From Eutreptiella sp. 'Long Island Sound 2002' (lineage: Eukaryota; Protista; Euglenida), in assembly GCA_964036045.1 (NCBI GenBank), contig OZ038379.1, positions 50,468,001 through 50,532,000 on the forward strand: DNA of 64,000 nt, written 5' to 3'. Positions 19,850 to 30,900 of the stretch are shown piece after piece. Positions within the stretch are counted from its first letter, which is position 1. Every line of letters starts with the position of its first letter. The notes beneath the pieces are model-generated. The model did not search any database. It saw only the letters and a program-made list of their open reading frames with translations, and was not told the DNA's origin. The position numbers were made by a program, and so were the translations under genes.

Positions 19850-21537
19850 AGGGAACGCCGAAAGAAGAATGCGCTAGTTGTTGAACAGGTAAGGTATTAC
19901 GTGTGCAACACGAATTAGATGGGCATATTGCCGTTCCAACTACCTTCTATACTTGGGGGTAGACGAGACCAGAGCAGTGGCCAATGCAACCTAGCAGGCA
20001 AAGCAACGATGTCCGCCATTTTTCGTGGTAAAATGCATCAAACCCAGGAATGGTGGTGAGTAAAGACATTGGTTGATTCCTCCATTTTGACAGATTGGGT
20101 GTGTGAGAAGGAAAGGTCGCGGCCACCTGTATGGGCCCCAAGCGATGGAGGGCGTCTGAGTGCATATTTCACTTGGCACACCTTATAAGGGGGTTGGGCA
20201 TCCCGACTCCTGAGGAGGGGCCCTGGGGGCCCCCAGTCTTGTGTTTTTTCTTTTGCCCGCTCCCCTAATAAGATCCGCCAAAAAGGGATGTTACACCCGT
20301 CGAACATGAGCCATCACAGTTGAGCGCACTAGGGGAACCCCTCCCCTAGGCCCGCGCCCCTTTTATACCCCGTAGGACCCGGAGGGAGCTAAGTGCCGAA
20401 TTTTCTTCAGTTCGCTGGGTAAAAAGACCCGAAATTTTTGTTTCATGAATGGTTGCGACCTTCGGGCCCCTTTCCTAGACCCCCCCCCCCTCCTTTGCAG
20501 GGTTCGAAAATGCCCCCACCCCCCACCCCCGCACAAACCTTTTTTCCCCTTGCCATGGGGCAGCTCGCCACGTGTCCACCAAGATGGTTATTGGGGGTCA
20601 CCAACCCTTCCTACGCCACATTGTAAGTGTGTCTACATCGCCCATGGTGGGCTTCGCATACAGTATGGGTGCGTGCGAGATGGGTACGGCGGCATGGCTG
20701 CACACGTTATGGACTGGTGGACGTAAGAGGCGCAGACCTATCTCCGCTGTCATGACATGGGCTACGGCCCAAAGAATGATGCATAGGGGAGCCACACATT
20801 GCGATGGAGCAATGCTTGGCTTTCTTATTCATTGTCCATTGTTTTATGGCCCTTGGCCCCCCAGAAGAGAGGTTCTTGATTCTTGCTTAAGGGCCCCCGA
20901 AACAAGAATGCCCTAGCTGTGCAACAGGTAAGGTATTGCATGTGCAACACGAATTGTATGGGCATATTGCCGTTCCAACTACCTTCTACTGTTGGAGGTA
21001 CACGAGACCAGAGCAGTGGCCAATGCAACCTAGCAGGCAAAGCAACGATGTCCGCCATTTTTCGTGGTAAAATGCATCAAACCCGGGAACGGTGGTGAAA
21101 AAAGACACTGGTTGATTCCTCCATTTTGACAAAGTGGGTGTGTGAGAAGGAGAGGTCGGAGTCACCTTTATGGGCCCCAAGCGATGGAGGGCGTCTGAGT
21201 GCATATTTCACTTGGCACACCTTATAAGGGGGTTGGGCATCCCGACTCCTGAGGAGGGGCCCTGGGGGCCCCCAGTCTTGAGTTTTTTCTTTTGCCCGCT
21301 CCCCTAATTGGATCCGCCAAAAAGGGATGTTACACTTGTGGAACATGAGCCATCACGGTTGAGCGCACTAGGGGAACCGCCCCCCTAGGCCCGCGCCCCT
21401 TTTATACCCCGTACGACCCGGAGGGAGCTAAGTGCCGAATTTTCTTCAGTTCGTTGAGTAAAAAGACCCGAAATTTTTGTTTCATGAATGGTTGCGACCT
21501 TCGGGCCCCTTTCTTGGACCCCCCCCTCCTTCGCAGG

Positions 21538-21629
21538 TTTTGCTAAAACCACAAGCAAACACGCAAACACGAGGCAAAACACGCACGTCTCCTGTGGCAC
21601 ATCTCGTCAGTGTGCCGCCTCCTCGTGGG
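21538..21629 (-). repeat. Split direct repeat B2 (92 bp), 3' terminus of the element
   Basis: TTTTGCTAAAACCACAAGC...CCTCGTGGG, identical to B1. Confidence 0.95.
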
Positions 21630-21694
21630 CAGTCACAAAAGCCCGGTATGGGCAATAGAAGTCGCAAATAGCGTCATTGGGTGGGACGGGTGGG

Positions 21695-21809
21695 CTGCTG
21701 GCAACAAGCAAAAATGCTCTACAAGTACAGAGGCTCACTGCACACACGCACGCACACACACACACCACCCGACGAGCAAAACCAAAGCTCAGGCACGGCT
21801 GAGCTAAGA
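21695..21809 (-). repeat. Split direct repeat A2 (115 bp)
   Basis: Identical to 27807-27921 and directly abuts B1. Confidence 0.95.
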
Positions 21810-21901
21810 TTTTGCTAAAACCACAAGCAAACACGCAAACACGAGGCAAAACACGCACGTCTCCTGTGGCACATCTCGTCAGTGTGCCGCCTCCTCGTGG
21901 G
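21810..21901 (-). repeat. Split direct repeat B1 (92 bp)
   Basis: Identical to 21538-21629. Confidence 0.95.
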
Positions 21902-22650
21902 TCTCGTTCATGCCAAACTGCCGCATAACCCCCCCCCCCCCCCCCCCCCCCCGCAGGTCTGAGACCCAGCGGCTCCCATGCGCAACGCACGCCACACCCT
22001 CGAAGTATACGGCCGCCCCAAACATAAATCGCCAAAGGCGCCCCGCACACACCGGCGCCACCCGCCAGGCTTCAGGCGTCCGCAGACCAAGCCCAAGAGA
22101 GCTTGGACGACCCCTGCCGCCGCCAATGAGGAAGCGGTAAATGTACAGCGACCGTCAGGCACTGCCGCCCTGTCGCAGAGCTGCCCGGCCAGCCCAGGGC
22201 AGCACCCCTGAGATCCGCAGCAGATCTCAAAAAGGCGGGCCAGCGCCCAACCCAGCTCCAACCCTAAGAAAGCATGGACCCCGGACCCACAACAAAGTGG
22301 CAGCGGTGCAGGCCAAAGGACCAACGCCCGGCCCATAACCACAAAACCAGCCCGCGACATCCACGCAGGGCAGGGCCGCCTCTACAGACAATCGCCCGGA
22401 GGGCTCCCGCCTGCGCACACTGGACCTGCCAAAACGCAGAGAGAATACGAGCCACACACAACAACCAGAACATTGGCGCAGCCGTGGAAGCCAAAAAACG
22501 CCCACAAATGCGCGAGCAATGCCCGGGCGCAAAGCAGCCCGGCCATCCCAGGGTGGCACTCAGAGACCTGACACAGAACGCAAAGCAAAGGGCGAGCGCA
22601 CACTCCCACCCCAGCCCCTCGGAGACCGGCTGACCACCCAAAAAAACAGA

Positions 22651-23181
22651 CTACACCAACGGCCTGAAGTGGCCAGCTATTCTCACCACCAAGGGATAAG
22701 ACCCCTGCACCCATAGATACGGGACGGGGGTACGACGACCCCCGTTCCAGTCCGTCAGCGACACCACCACCCTCTGACCTCCCCTCGACCCCGTCACCAC
22801 ATCCCACATCCCCCCGCAAGTGTGTCTGCCCCCCGGCTTCACCCCGGGGTCCCCAACCGCGGTGGTGCGCCGCGTCGCCTGCCCCCGAACCCGCTTGGCG
22901 ATGTCCATGGCCGCGGCACCCAGGAAGTCGTCCCTCTCCCCGGGATCTTCTGGCACGCCATACGCGACGTACAGCCGCACCCCATTCCGGAGGAGCACCC
23001 GGTGACAGGCCCTGCGGCCCACCAAGGCTCCCAACTTCTCCCGCAGCGCGGCGCGGCGCCGCGCCGCGCGCCGCTGAACGGCCTCCTCCGAACGCTTGCG
23101 CGAGCGGCTCTTGCCCCGCTTCCGCCCGCCGCTACGCGCACGGCGGTTACGGCGGCGCCGGGTCATGTTCACATGCACCAA
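22651..23181 (-). CDS. Extra Arg-rich basic ORF4 (176 aa) in the YR retrotransposon
   Basis: Starts ~40 nt after the RT/RH stop. The N-terminus is MTRRRRNRRARSGGRKRGKSRSRKR, followed by a globular-looking region. No homolog was recognised. Confidence 0.5.
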   Translation of the reverse strand: MVHVNMTRRRRNRRARSGGRKRGKSRSRKRSEEAVQRRAARRRAALREKLGALVGRRACHRVLLRNGVRLYVAYGVPEDPGERDDFLGAAAMDIAKRVRGQATRRTTAVGDPGVKPGGRHTCGGMWDVVTGSRGGQRVVVSLTDWNGGRRTPVPYLWVQGSYPLVVRIAGHFRPLV

Positions 23182-23222
23182 GAGAAACGAGCTCTACAAG
23201 CAGGCGCCGGCACTACACGACA

Positions 23223-25425
23223 TCAAGTCATTGCACCCACCGACTCCTCCAAGCGGTACTGCAAAAAAACCTCGTGGAACTCCGCCCCCCCTTCACCACC
23301 CCCCGGGGACCACAGGCCCGCTCTCCACGAATGCGGCAGAACAAAGGGCCCCATAGGCACCCCCAGGGTCCACAAAAAAACCGTGCGCCTATCGGGAAAG
23401 GCCCAGAGATCCCCAACCCTGCGTGCCGCCACCTCGCGCGCCAAACCCAGATCTCCATTGAAGTTGTCACTCAACCTGCTGATAGGATCAGCGGGATTAT
23501 GTGAACCACGCACCCAGTGCATATATACCGTGAAGCCTGGGCACGACGCCCACAGGTAGCGGAAACGCTTCAGAATGGACTGCTGGAATTTACGCCCCAC
23601 CTTGGCTTTACACCGAAGGAACTGCACTAGCGCCGCCGCATTATCCCCAAACAAATGGGCCTCCCGAACGCCTACATTGAGGATGAGCTTCAAGCCCCAG
23701 AGCAGCGCGGCAGCCTCCGCACACTGCTGGTTGGGCGGTTGCTCCGCGGGCACAACCGATCGAGAACCCACATCCATCGAAAACAGGCCCAGCCGGTATT
23801 CACCCGCGTCCAGCGCCGCGTCGACGTAAACAACCAACGGCGATCGCTTCACCACCCTGGGGAGGGACACCACTGACCATTGCCTCCTGGCAAGCACGCA
23901 CGCCACGCACATAGACTTAAGCAAACGCACTGGGGTAAACGGCAGCCGGGGGGGCGCCCAGAGCACATGAGCCCACACACCAGACAGGTGTGGACTGTGC
24001 CCAGAACCCGGGCGACATATCCACTGTGCCCGCCCCAAGAACTGCTGCAGCCGTTTTACCCTACAGGGTCCCACAGACAACCTCAACCAATGCGCAAACA
24101 GAGCTTCCCACGCGTTGCCAGCAGTCCGCACCTCCCCCCCCTGCAAATCAATATCCTTCCCCAGCCACACCAGCCGCTGCACAGGCTCTAACGTACTCTT
24201 TGGGCTGACTACAGCACCTGCACGGCGCAACGCCTCCGCCGCCCTTGCCGTCTGCTCTCGCACACGCGCGCGGCCGCGCCCCACAACCAGGACATCATCC
24301 AAGTAAATTAAAACCAGCACCCCCAACAGCCCCGCGCCGGCCACCAGACCCTCTAACACTCGCTGGCACAGGAGGGGGCTGTACTTCCACCCAAAGGGCA
24401 AGCACCGGAAAGCCAACACCCCCCCCTCTCCATCCGAGACGCGAAAGGCCCCCCAGAACTCGCGCGGCAGCTGAAGTGACCAAAAGCAATTACTCAGGTC
24501 GATGTGGCACATGCACAGCTCTTCCCCCCCCCCCCCCGGCAGGGACAGAATATCCCACACCGGCCTCATGCAACGCGCTCGGGCATAAAAAGAGGGGAGG
24601 AAAAAGGAGGACCCTTGCTGTGCCACCTGCGCCAAAAGGGCCAACACCTCCACAGAGGGGAGGGAGAACTTCTCCGGCCGAGACCGCATCTCCTCATTAA
24701 GGGGCACCAGATTGACAATCAAACTGCACTTCTCCTCCGTCTTGGGTATCGCAAAAACACCCCCATTGGGCCCAGGTGACCCCGGCGGCAGGGGGAAAAG
24801 CAAACCCTGGTCCCGCAAAGCCCTCATCATGACCACCGCCTCATCCGATGGGGGAATTATCCCAGAAAACTGCCTGCCTACCAATTCTGCGAAGCCGTCC
24901 GGCACACAACTATCCCAGACCTCGCGGGGGATATCCACACGCCCCACCGGCCCCAAACCCCGCGCCAATACCTCCTCCCTGATACGCTGCATAAGCAATT
25001 TGGGCGACGTCGAATCATGCAAGAGCGACTCCCAAACCTCAGGGCTAAATGAGGACAAAGCCACAGCCAAGAGTCGCAGAAACTCCGGCTGTCTGAGATC
25101 ACGGGCAGCTTCACTGCCCCACTCCAGAAACTGCAACAGGCGACGCTCCAGTAAACCAGGCGGTGCGCGGGGCAGACAAGCCCGCAGGGAGCACAACCAG
25201 GCGTCCCACTCACCGGTCCGAAGGCGCTCCCGCACCCACTGACCCAGCTCCGACGCGACGGGAAATTGCCGTTCGGGCAGCCGCACCCACAATCCTGGCC
25301 GGGCCCGCGGCCTTCCGCTTGCCCAAGACGGACGCGACCTCACCCGTCCTGCGGGCCGCGATGCGCAGCCGCCTGATGGAGGAGCCTGCTGCGGAGGCAG
25401 GTGGGGGGTCTGCATCCACATCAAT
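23223..25425 (-). CDS. Reverse transcriptase / RNase H (ORF3; the frame is open from 26702)
   Basis: RT motifs FAIPK, IVNL, HIDLSNCFW, CLPFGWKYSP, IYLDDVLVVG and WLG. RNase H motifs VYVDAA, EAAALLWG, GDN and NPADPISR. The start codon is uncertain. Confidence 0.92.
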
Positions 25426-26694
25426 GACTTCCCCCCCCCCGTCCCCCCGCGGCCGGCGCCCGCGTCCTGAGGACCCCTCAACAGCCGTAAGGGCCGGAGG
25501 GGCCCCCGGGTCACGTGCGCCAGCCCGGTCCTCCCTCCCAGCAGCTTCCGCAGCGGCAGGACTCGCGGACTCCCCAGGGCACGATCCACCCCGACCTCCT
25601 GCCGACCCATCCCCGTCACCTCCGCATTGTGGGGGCTCATCGGCATCAGGGGCACAGAGCTCCAGGAGCTCCTTCGGGAAAACGTCCCGGAGGGACACGG
25701 CGCGCCAAACGAACTCTCCTGCATGGTTATCAGGGGGCCAGGGGAGGACAGCCTCGGTCGTGACGACGAAGTCGTCGGGCGCGTCGGCGTAGTGGACTGC
25801 CACCGTCTCCGAAAGCCACCGCCCCCACCAAGCCAGCCACTTGATGGGCAGCCCCAACCATCGCAGGGCCGCGGAGCCCCCTCGCCTCCATGCGTGCCAC
25901 CTGGCGTGGGGGTTGTCGCTGCCCCCCAACGCGGCAGCCATGACCGACTGCATGAAGGCTGGTCCCTGCGGACAGAATTGCGCTCCGACGACAGCAGACG
26001 TGGCCCCCGTGGCATCGAGCCAGCCCAGCCACTCTTGGGCATACTTCCCGAGTCGCCTGCGCACGATGCGCGGCGCCACCTTGACCGTGCGGAACGCCAA
26101 TCCCCGACACCGGGATCCCCCCCTACGGAGGGGCGCGGCCTCACCCACCCGCAGAAGGCAGGTGAACGCCAGGACTGCCATCCCATAGACGGTCCACTGC
26201 GGTCGCTCCGTGCAAGCCAGCGCGAAGTTGCGGAGGTCGTCCAAACCTGCGTAGGGCCGTAGGGCCGGCTCCGTGGGCGCCCACTTGGCACAGCGCCAGA
26301 CCCGGCGACTGACGAACGCGGGTAGCCATCCCATGTCCTCCAGCGCCCGGAACGCCGACACTGCGACCTTGAGGGAGCTTCCCGAGTACCCCAGTCCCCA
26401 TAACTGGAAAACGTAGCGGCACGCCGCTCGTTCAAGCTCGGATGTGGGCGTGTAGCCCACCCAGAGGGCCATCTTGCGGAAGTGGGTACAATACGTACCC
26501 ATGGTGCTTTTTGCCCAGGAGGATGCCTGCAGGGCGTCCACGGAGGTGATCTCATCCTCCTTCCATATCCGTCTCCACGCTGCCCACACCAGGCGCCAGA
26601 CCACGTCCTCGCCATCCCGGAAGTCCGATGGTCCGAGAACCACCAAGGCCCCCCGGGGCTCGGGAGGGATGGGCCGGATGGGGCAGCTTCCCCA
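25210..26694 (-). CDS. Tyrosine recombinase (ORF2), in frame with gag after a single TGA
   Basis: The catalytic R-H-R-(W)-Y set is present: LLRVGEA, HAWRRGG, WGRW, VHYA. An N-terminal AKSTMGTY core-binding-type motif is also present. The frame is open from the gag stop. Confidence 0.9.
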   Translation of the reverse strand, partial: WGSCPIRPIPPEPRGALVVLGPSDFRDGEDVVWRLVWAAWRRIWKEDEITSVDALQASSWAKSTMGTYCTHFRKMALWVGYTPTSELERAACRYVFQLWGLGYSGSSLKVAVSAFRALEDMGWLPAFVSRRVWRCAKWAPTEPALRPYAGLDDLRNFALACTERPQWTVYGMAVLAFTCLLRVGEAAPLRRGGSRCRGLAFRTVKVAPRIVRRRLGKYAQEWLGWLDATGATSAVVGAQFCPQGPAFMQSVMAAALGGSDNPHARWHAWRRGGSAALRWLGLPIKWLAWWGRWLSETVAVHYADAPDDFVVTTEAVLPWPPDNHAGEFVWRAVSLRDVFPKELLELCAPDADEPPQCGGDGDGSAGGRGGSCPGESASPAAAEAAGREDRAGARDPGAPPALTAVEGSSGRGRRPRGDGGGEVIDVDADPPPASAAGSSIRRLRIAARRTGEVASVLGKRKAAGPARIVGAAARTAISRRVGAGSVGAGAPSDR

Positions 26695-27750
26695 TCAGTC
26701 AAAGCCGGGGCACTCGTGAAACCAATGCCGTTTCACTCCCCTCCCAGCGTTCTTGCATGCCCGACACGCTGTCACCGGGGCATTGGTGACGTCCATCGGC
26801 TCGGCGCCCGGCTTGGCGGTGTACAGGCGGCGGCCCCCCTCAACGCGGAACTTACCCTTCATGGCTTGCAGCCGCCGCCCCACCACCTCCTCCTCCGCCG
26901 CCCCCGTACAACCAGCGGACAGCACAGGCACATCGGACGCATCCTCGGGCGCGTCCGACCCCTCGCCGACCTGTCCGGGGTCCAAACCCTTCTTGCCCCT
27001 GTACGCCGACAGGCTAGTCACCGTGAACGTCCAGACCGCCTGGACAAAACTCCGAAGGCGCGTAAGTTCGTCATCATCCATGGACTCCAGCTGCCACACC
27101 TCCGTGTCCGCGGAGTCCGCGTCCACCACCGGCGCCAGCTCGTCCAGGATGGCGTCCGTGAACTTTTCCTTGTCCTTGTACTTGGAGACGTATTCGTGTT
27201 GGGGCACCTCCCTGCGCCACAACAAGGTGGACAGCGCGAGAAGGCTGGCGAAGATCCACTGGGGCTTAGAATCCAACTCCCTCACCTTCACGATTTCCGC
27301 TTTACACAGCGGCGGGACCTTCGCCATTTTCCTCTTGGACTCCGCCTCGGCCTTGGCACTGACCGCCTCCAACTGCTTGCGCAGGCCCTCCATCACAAGG
27401 GCCTGTCCCTGAACCAACTGCTTGAGCTCCTGAAGCTCTGGCGACACCGTCTGCGGCTGTTGGGGTGGTACCTCCACCTTGACAAAGCCCAGCAACGCCA
27501 CATCCAGGTCGCACTGGGCCATGACGCAATACGAGGCGATCATCTTCACCAGCCCCACCTCCCCCAGCTCGATTCCGTACTTGGCGACGAAACTAGCCTC
27601 CCACTCTGACCTGCGTTCCAGCAGCACCGACAGCTTCATCTCCACCTGCGAGGCAGCCCTGGCTATCTCTAGCATGGGAACGCTATCAATGAACTGGGAA
27701 CAAATTGTTCCCTTCGCGAAGACGGCAAAATCGTCAACTGACATATTCAC
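26695..27750 (-). CDS. Gag-like ORF1 (351 aa) with coiled coil and C-terminal Cys/His knuckle
   Basis: First ORF after A1. Contains the heptad-rich stretch LQELKQLVQGQALVMEGLRKQLEAV and ends CRACKNAGRGVKRHWFHECPGFD*. Confidence 0.8.
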   Translation of the reverse strand: MNMSVDDFAVFAKGTICSQFIDSVPMLEIARAASQVEMKLSVLLERRSEWEASFVAKYGIELGEVGLVKMIASYCVMAQCDLDVALLGFVKVEVPPQQPQTVSPELQELKQLVQGQALVMEGLRKQLEAVSAKAEAESKRKMAKVPPLCKAEIVKVRELDSKPQWIFASLLALSTLLWRREVPQHEYVSKYKDKEKFTDAILDELAPVVDADSADTEVWQLESMDDDELTRLRSFVQAVWTFTVTSLSAYRGKKGLDPGQVGEGSDAPEDASDVPVLSAGCTGAAEEEVVGRRLQAMKGKFRVEGGRRLYTAKPGAEPMDVTNAPVTACRACKNAGRGVKRHWFHECPGFD

Positions 27751-27806
27751 AGACCGGGTCGTTCCAAAGTGTCACGGAGCAGGCTCTACGTGTGACCACC
27801 TATGGT

Positions 27807-27921
27807 CTGCTGGCAACAAGCAAAAATGCTCTACAAGTACAGAGGCTCACTGCACACACGCACGCACACACACACACCACCCGACGAGCAAAACCAAAGC
27901 TCAGGCACGGCTGAGCTAAGA
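27807..27921 (-). repeat. Split direct repeat A1 (115 bp)
   Basis: Identical to 21695-21809 by eye. Confidence 0.95.
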
Positions 27922-30900
27922 GTTCGAAGGTGCCCCCACCCCCCACCCCCGCACAAACCTTTTTTCCCCTTGCCATGGGGCAGCTCGCCACGTGTCCACC
28001 AAGATGGTTATTGGGGGTCACCAACCCTTCCTACGCCACATTGTCAGTGTCTCTACATCGCCCATGGTGCGCTTCGCATACAGTATGGGTGCGTGCGAGA
28101 TGGGTACGGCGGCATGGGTGCACACATTATGGACTGGTGGACGTTGGCCTAAGAAGCGGAGGCCTATCTCTGTGTCATGACATGGGCTACAGCTCAAAGA
28201 ATGATGCATAGGGGAGCCACACATTGCGATGTAGCGGTGCTTGGCTGTCTTTTTCATTGTCCATTGTTTTAAAGCCCTTGGCCCCCCAGAAGAGGGGTTC
28301 TTGATTCCTGCTCAAGGGAACGCCGAAAGAAGAATGCGCTAGGGTTGAACAGGTAAGGTATTACGTGTGCAACACGAATTAGATGGGCATATTGCCGTTC
28401 CAACTACCTTCTATACTTGGAGGTACACGAGACTAGAGCAGTGGCCAATGCAACCTAGCAGGCAAAGCAACGATGTCCAACATTTTTCGTGGTAAAATGC
28501 ATAAAACCCAGGAATGGTGTTGAAAAAAGACACTTGTTGATTCCACCACTCGGACACAGTGGGAGTGTCAGAACGAGACGTCGCGGCCACCTTTATGGCC
28601 CCCAAGCGATGAAGGGCGTCTGAGTGCATATTTCGCTTGGCACACTTTATAAGGGGGTTGGGCATCCCGACTCCTTAGGAGGGGCCGTGGGCGCCCCGAG
28701 TCGTGAGTTTTTTCTTTTGCCCGGTCCCCTAATTGGATCCGCCAAAAAATTATGTTACACTTGTGGGACATCAGCCATCACGGTTGAGCGCATTAGGGGA
28801 ACCACCCCCTAGGCCCGTGCCCCTTTTATACCCCGTACGACCCAGAGGGAGTTAAGTGCCCAATTTTCTTCAGTTCGCTAGGTAAAAATTCCCCAAATTT
28901 TTGTTTCATGAATGGTCGTGACCTTCGGGCCCCTTTCCTAGACCCCCCCCCTCCTTCGGAGGGGTCGAAGGCGCCCCCCCAACCACACCCCTGCACAAAC
29001 CTTTTTTCCCCTTGCCATGGGGCAGCTCGTCACGTGTCCACCAAGATGGTTATTGGGGGTCACCAACCCTTCCTATGCCACATGATCGGCGTCTCTAGAT
29101 CGCCCATGGTGGGCTTTGCATACAGTATGAGTGTGTGGGAGATGGGTACAGCGGCATGGCTGCACACGTTATGGACTGATGGGCGTTGGCCTAAGAGGCG
29201 TAGGCGTGTCTCCACTGTCACGACATGGGCTACAGCTCAAAGAATGATGCATAGGGGAGCCACACATTGCGATTGAGCGGTGCTTGGCTTTCTTTTTCAT
29301 TGTCCATTGTTTTATGGCCCTTGGCCCCCCAGAAGAGAGGTTCTTGATTCCCGCTTAACGGAACTCGGAAAGAAGATTGCCCTAGCTGTGCAACAGGTAA
29401 GGTATTGAATGTGCAACACAAATTGTATGGGCCTACTGCCGTTCCAAATACCTTCTATATTTGGAGGTAGAAGACACCACAGCAGCGGTCAATGCAACCT
29501 ATCAAGGGTTTGGGTGGGCCGCGGCATTTGTAGATGTCACCAAAATCATCGACGCCCTCTTTAAGTGGGCCTACAATGATCACATGCTAGGGGCGGCCGG
29601 GGGGGGGGGGGGCTAGTTGCAACAACACTTGAACGGGAGGGGAAGTGGTTTCGCATTTTTGGCAATGATGGTTTCTAAACTTCGAACCCCCGTCACGCAA
29701 TCACAGGCCACCTCATATAGCCCCGTGCGCCATGACCACCCTCATGGCTACCCAAAGCCCTTCCCATTCCATGCTTTCCACTCTACGCGGAGCTCCTGTT
29801 CCACCCGCGCCTGGACCACACAAAGCCATGTTCAGAGCCTAAAACGAACGCTCGGTGTGGTTTTCTGGTGTTTTTGCTTGCATGTGTCACACCCGATTTT
29901 CACTTGCTTGGCTCAACTTCTGGATATTTGCTTTTAGCACCGTTGCCTAGCAAAGATCACACGTGGAGGGCATAGCAACGGGCTACATACCATGGAGGAG
30001 GGGGGGGATGGGCTAGGGGCCGTCCCAAAGTTGGGGCTCCTAGATCCCAACATATATGGCTCAAAATGAACGCCCATTCGCACCGATCATTTTGAGGTAT
30101 GTATGTTGGGGTGGTACATCTTTTTCAAAACAAAATTCAACCCAAACATGGGGGTCCCAAGGGTAGGGTGGGGCTAGAGGTAGGGAAGGGCGAGGGTCAT
30201 CATGTTTCTTCATGATCTTCGTGCATGGTTGAATTCTCCATAAAAATTTGAGTATTTTGTGTACACACACATGCGGTGAAAAAGAGCATTGGGCCCCACA
30301 TCCGAGGTCGCCAAAGCAGCCACACTAGTCCCCTAGGTGCTCTCCGGAACGAACCCCTTTTGTCTTCAATGCCCCCCCCTTGCACACATGGCCCTCACAT
30401 GGGTATTTGCGTGCCTGCTTTGCTACTTCATTCGCCGGGAATGCCAAAAACAAGGGTAGCTGGACGCATGACACCAAGGGGAGCCTTGGCGTGGTAGCCA
30501 ACCGCTAGGTGCCTAGTGAGCCCCATCCCTCAACCTCTCAATGGGGTTGTCGGCCTTCAATCTCTTGGCTGCCATTAATGAGGCGCCCCTTTGGAGTGCG
30601 CACTATTTGGTGTACATCTTGCATTGATTGCACCGGGGGTGGCACAAGCGATGGCGCCAACGTGAGGCACCTTGTTCTTTGCTTTGGTGTAGCAAGCAGT
30701 GCTAGTTGGCCACCACCCCATCTACGTCAGCGCGAACCAAACGAACTGTGACGGGGTCATAGTTGGCTCACGGACCACACGCACTACCGCCACCTGCGCC
30801 TCTCAGCTCCCCCCCATATGGAGACATGCCATCACTAATCGGAGAGAGCAAGCACACGTCCTCGCCACCTAGTACCATAGGTGCCTTCCAATTGTGCATT

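Larger units (their letters stand above)
21538..27921 (-). mobile_element. Complete tyrosine-recombinase (DIRS-order; Ngaro/PAT/VIPER/TATE-like) retrotransposon with split direct repeats
   Basis: Minus-strand structure is A1(27921-27807), ORFs, B1(21901-21810), A2(21809-21695), 65-bp spacer, B2(21629-21538). It encodes gag, YR and RT/RNaseH, and splits the satellite at CGCAGG|GTTCGA with no TSD. Confidence 0.95.
9228..29505. repeat. ~1.04-kb tandem satellite, five units (ABABA), interrupted by two mobile elements
   Basis: The unit-start motif TTTTCGTGGTAAAATGCAT is at 20021, 21060 and 28484, degenerate at ~9228 and inverted at ~10210. Removing the 8740-bp and 6384-bp inserts leaves ~5.15 kb, or five units. 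Diagnostic variants alternate between units. Confidence 0.9.

Noticed and set aside
20021-21059. 1.04-kb unit as a spliced-leader RNA/5S rRNA repeat (TCTGAGTGCATATTTC resembles a euglenid SL; conserved CAG|GTAAGG)
   Set aside because: The SL-like stretch is a short partial match that is not followed by GT. The GTAAG site is hundreds of bases away, and I see no 5S sequence or Sm site.
23223-26702. Single 1159-aa protein as listed in the ORF track
   Set aside because: It starts at TTG, and the first ~430-490 residues are the alternative frame of the YR gene with no domain signal. Only the RT/RH part is supported, although the open overlap is reported as a finding.
21538-27921. LTR retrotransposon
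   Set aside because: There is no integrase or protease, no TG...CA LTR pair and no TSD. The repeats are split and a tyrosine recombinase is present.
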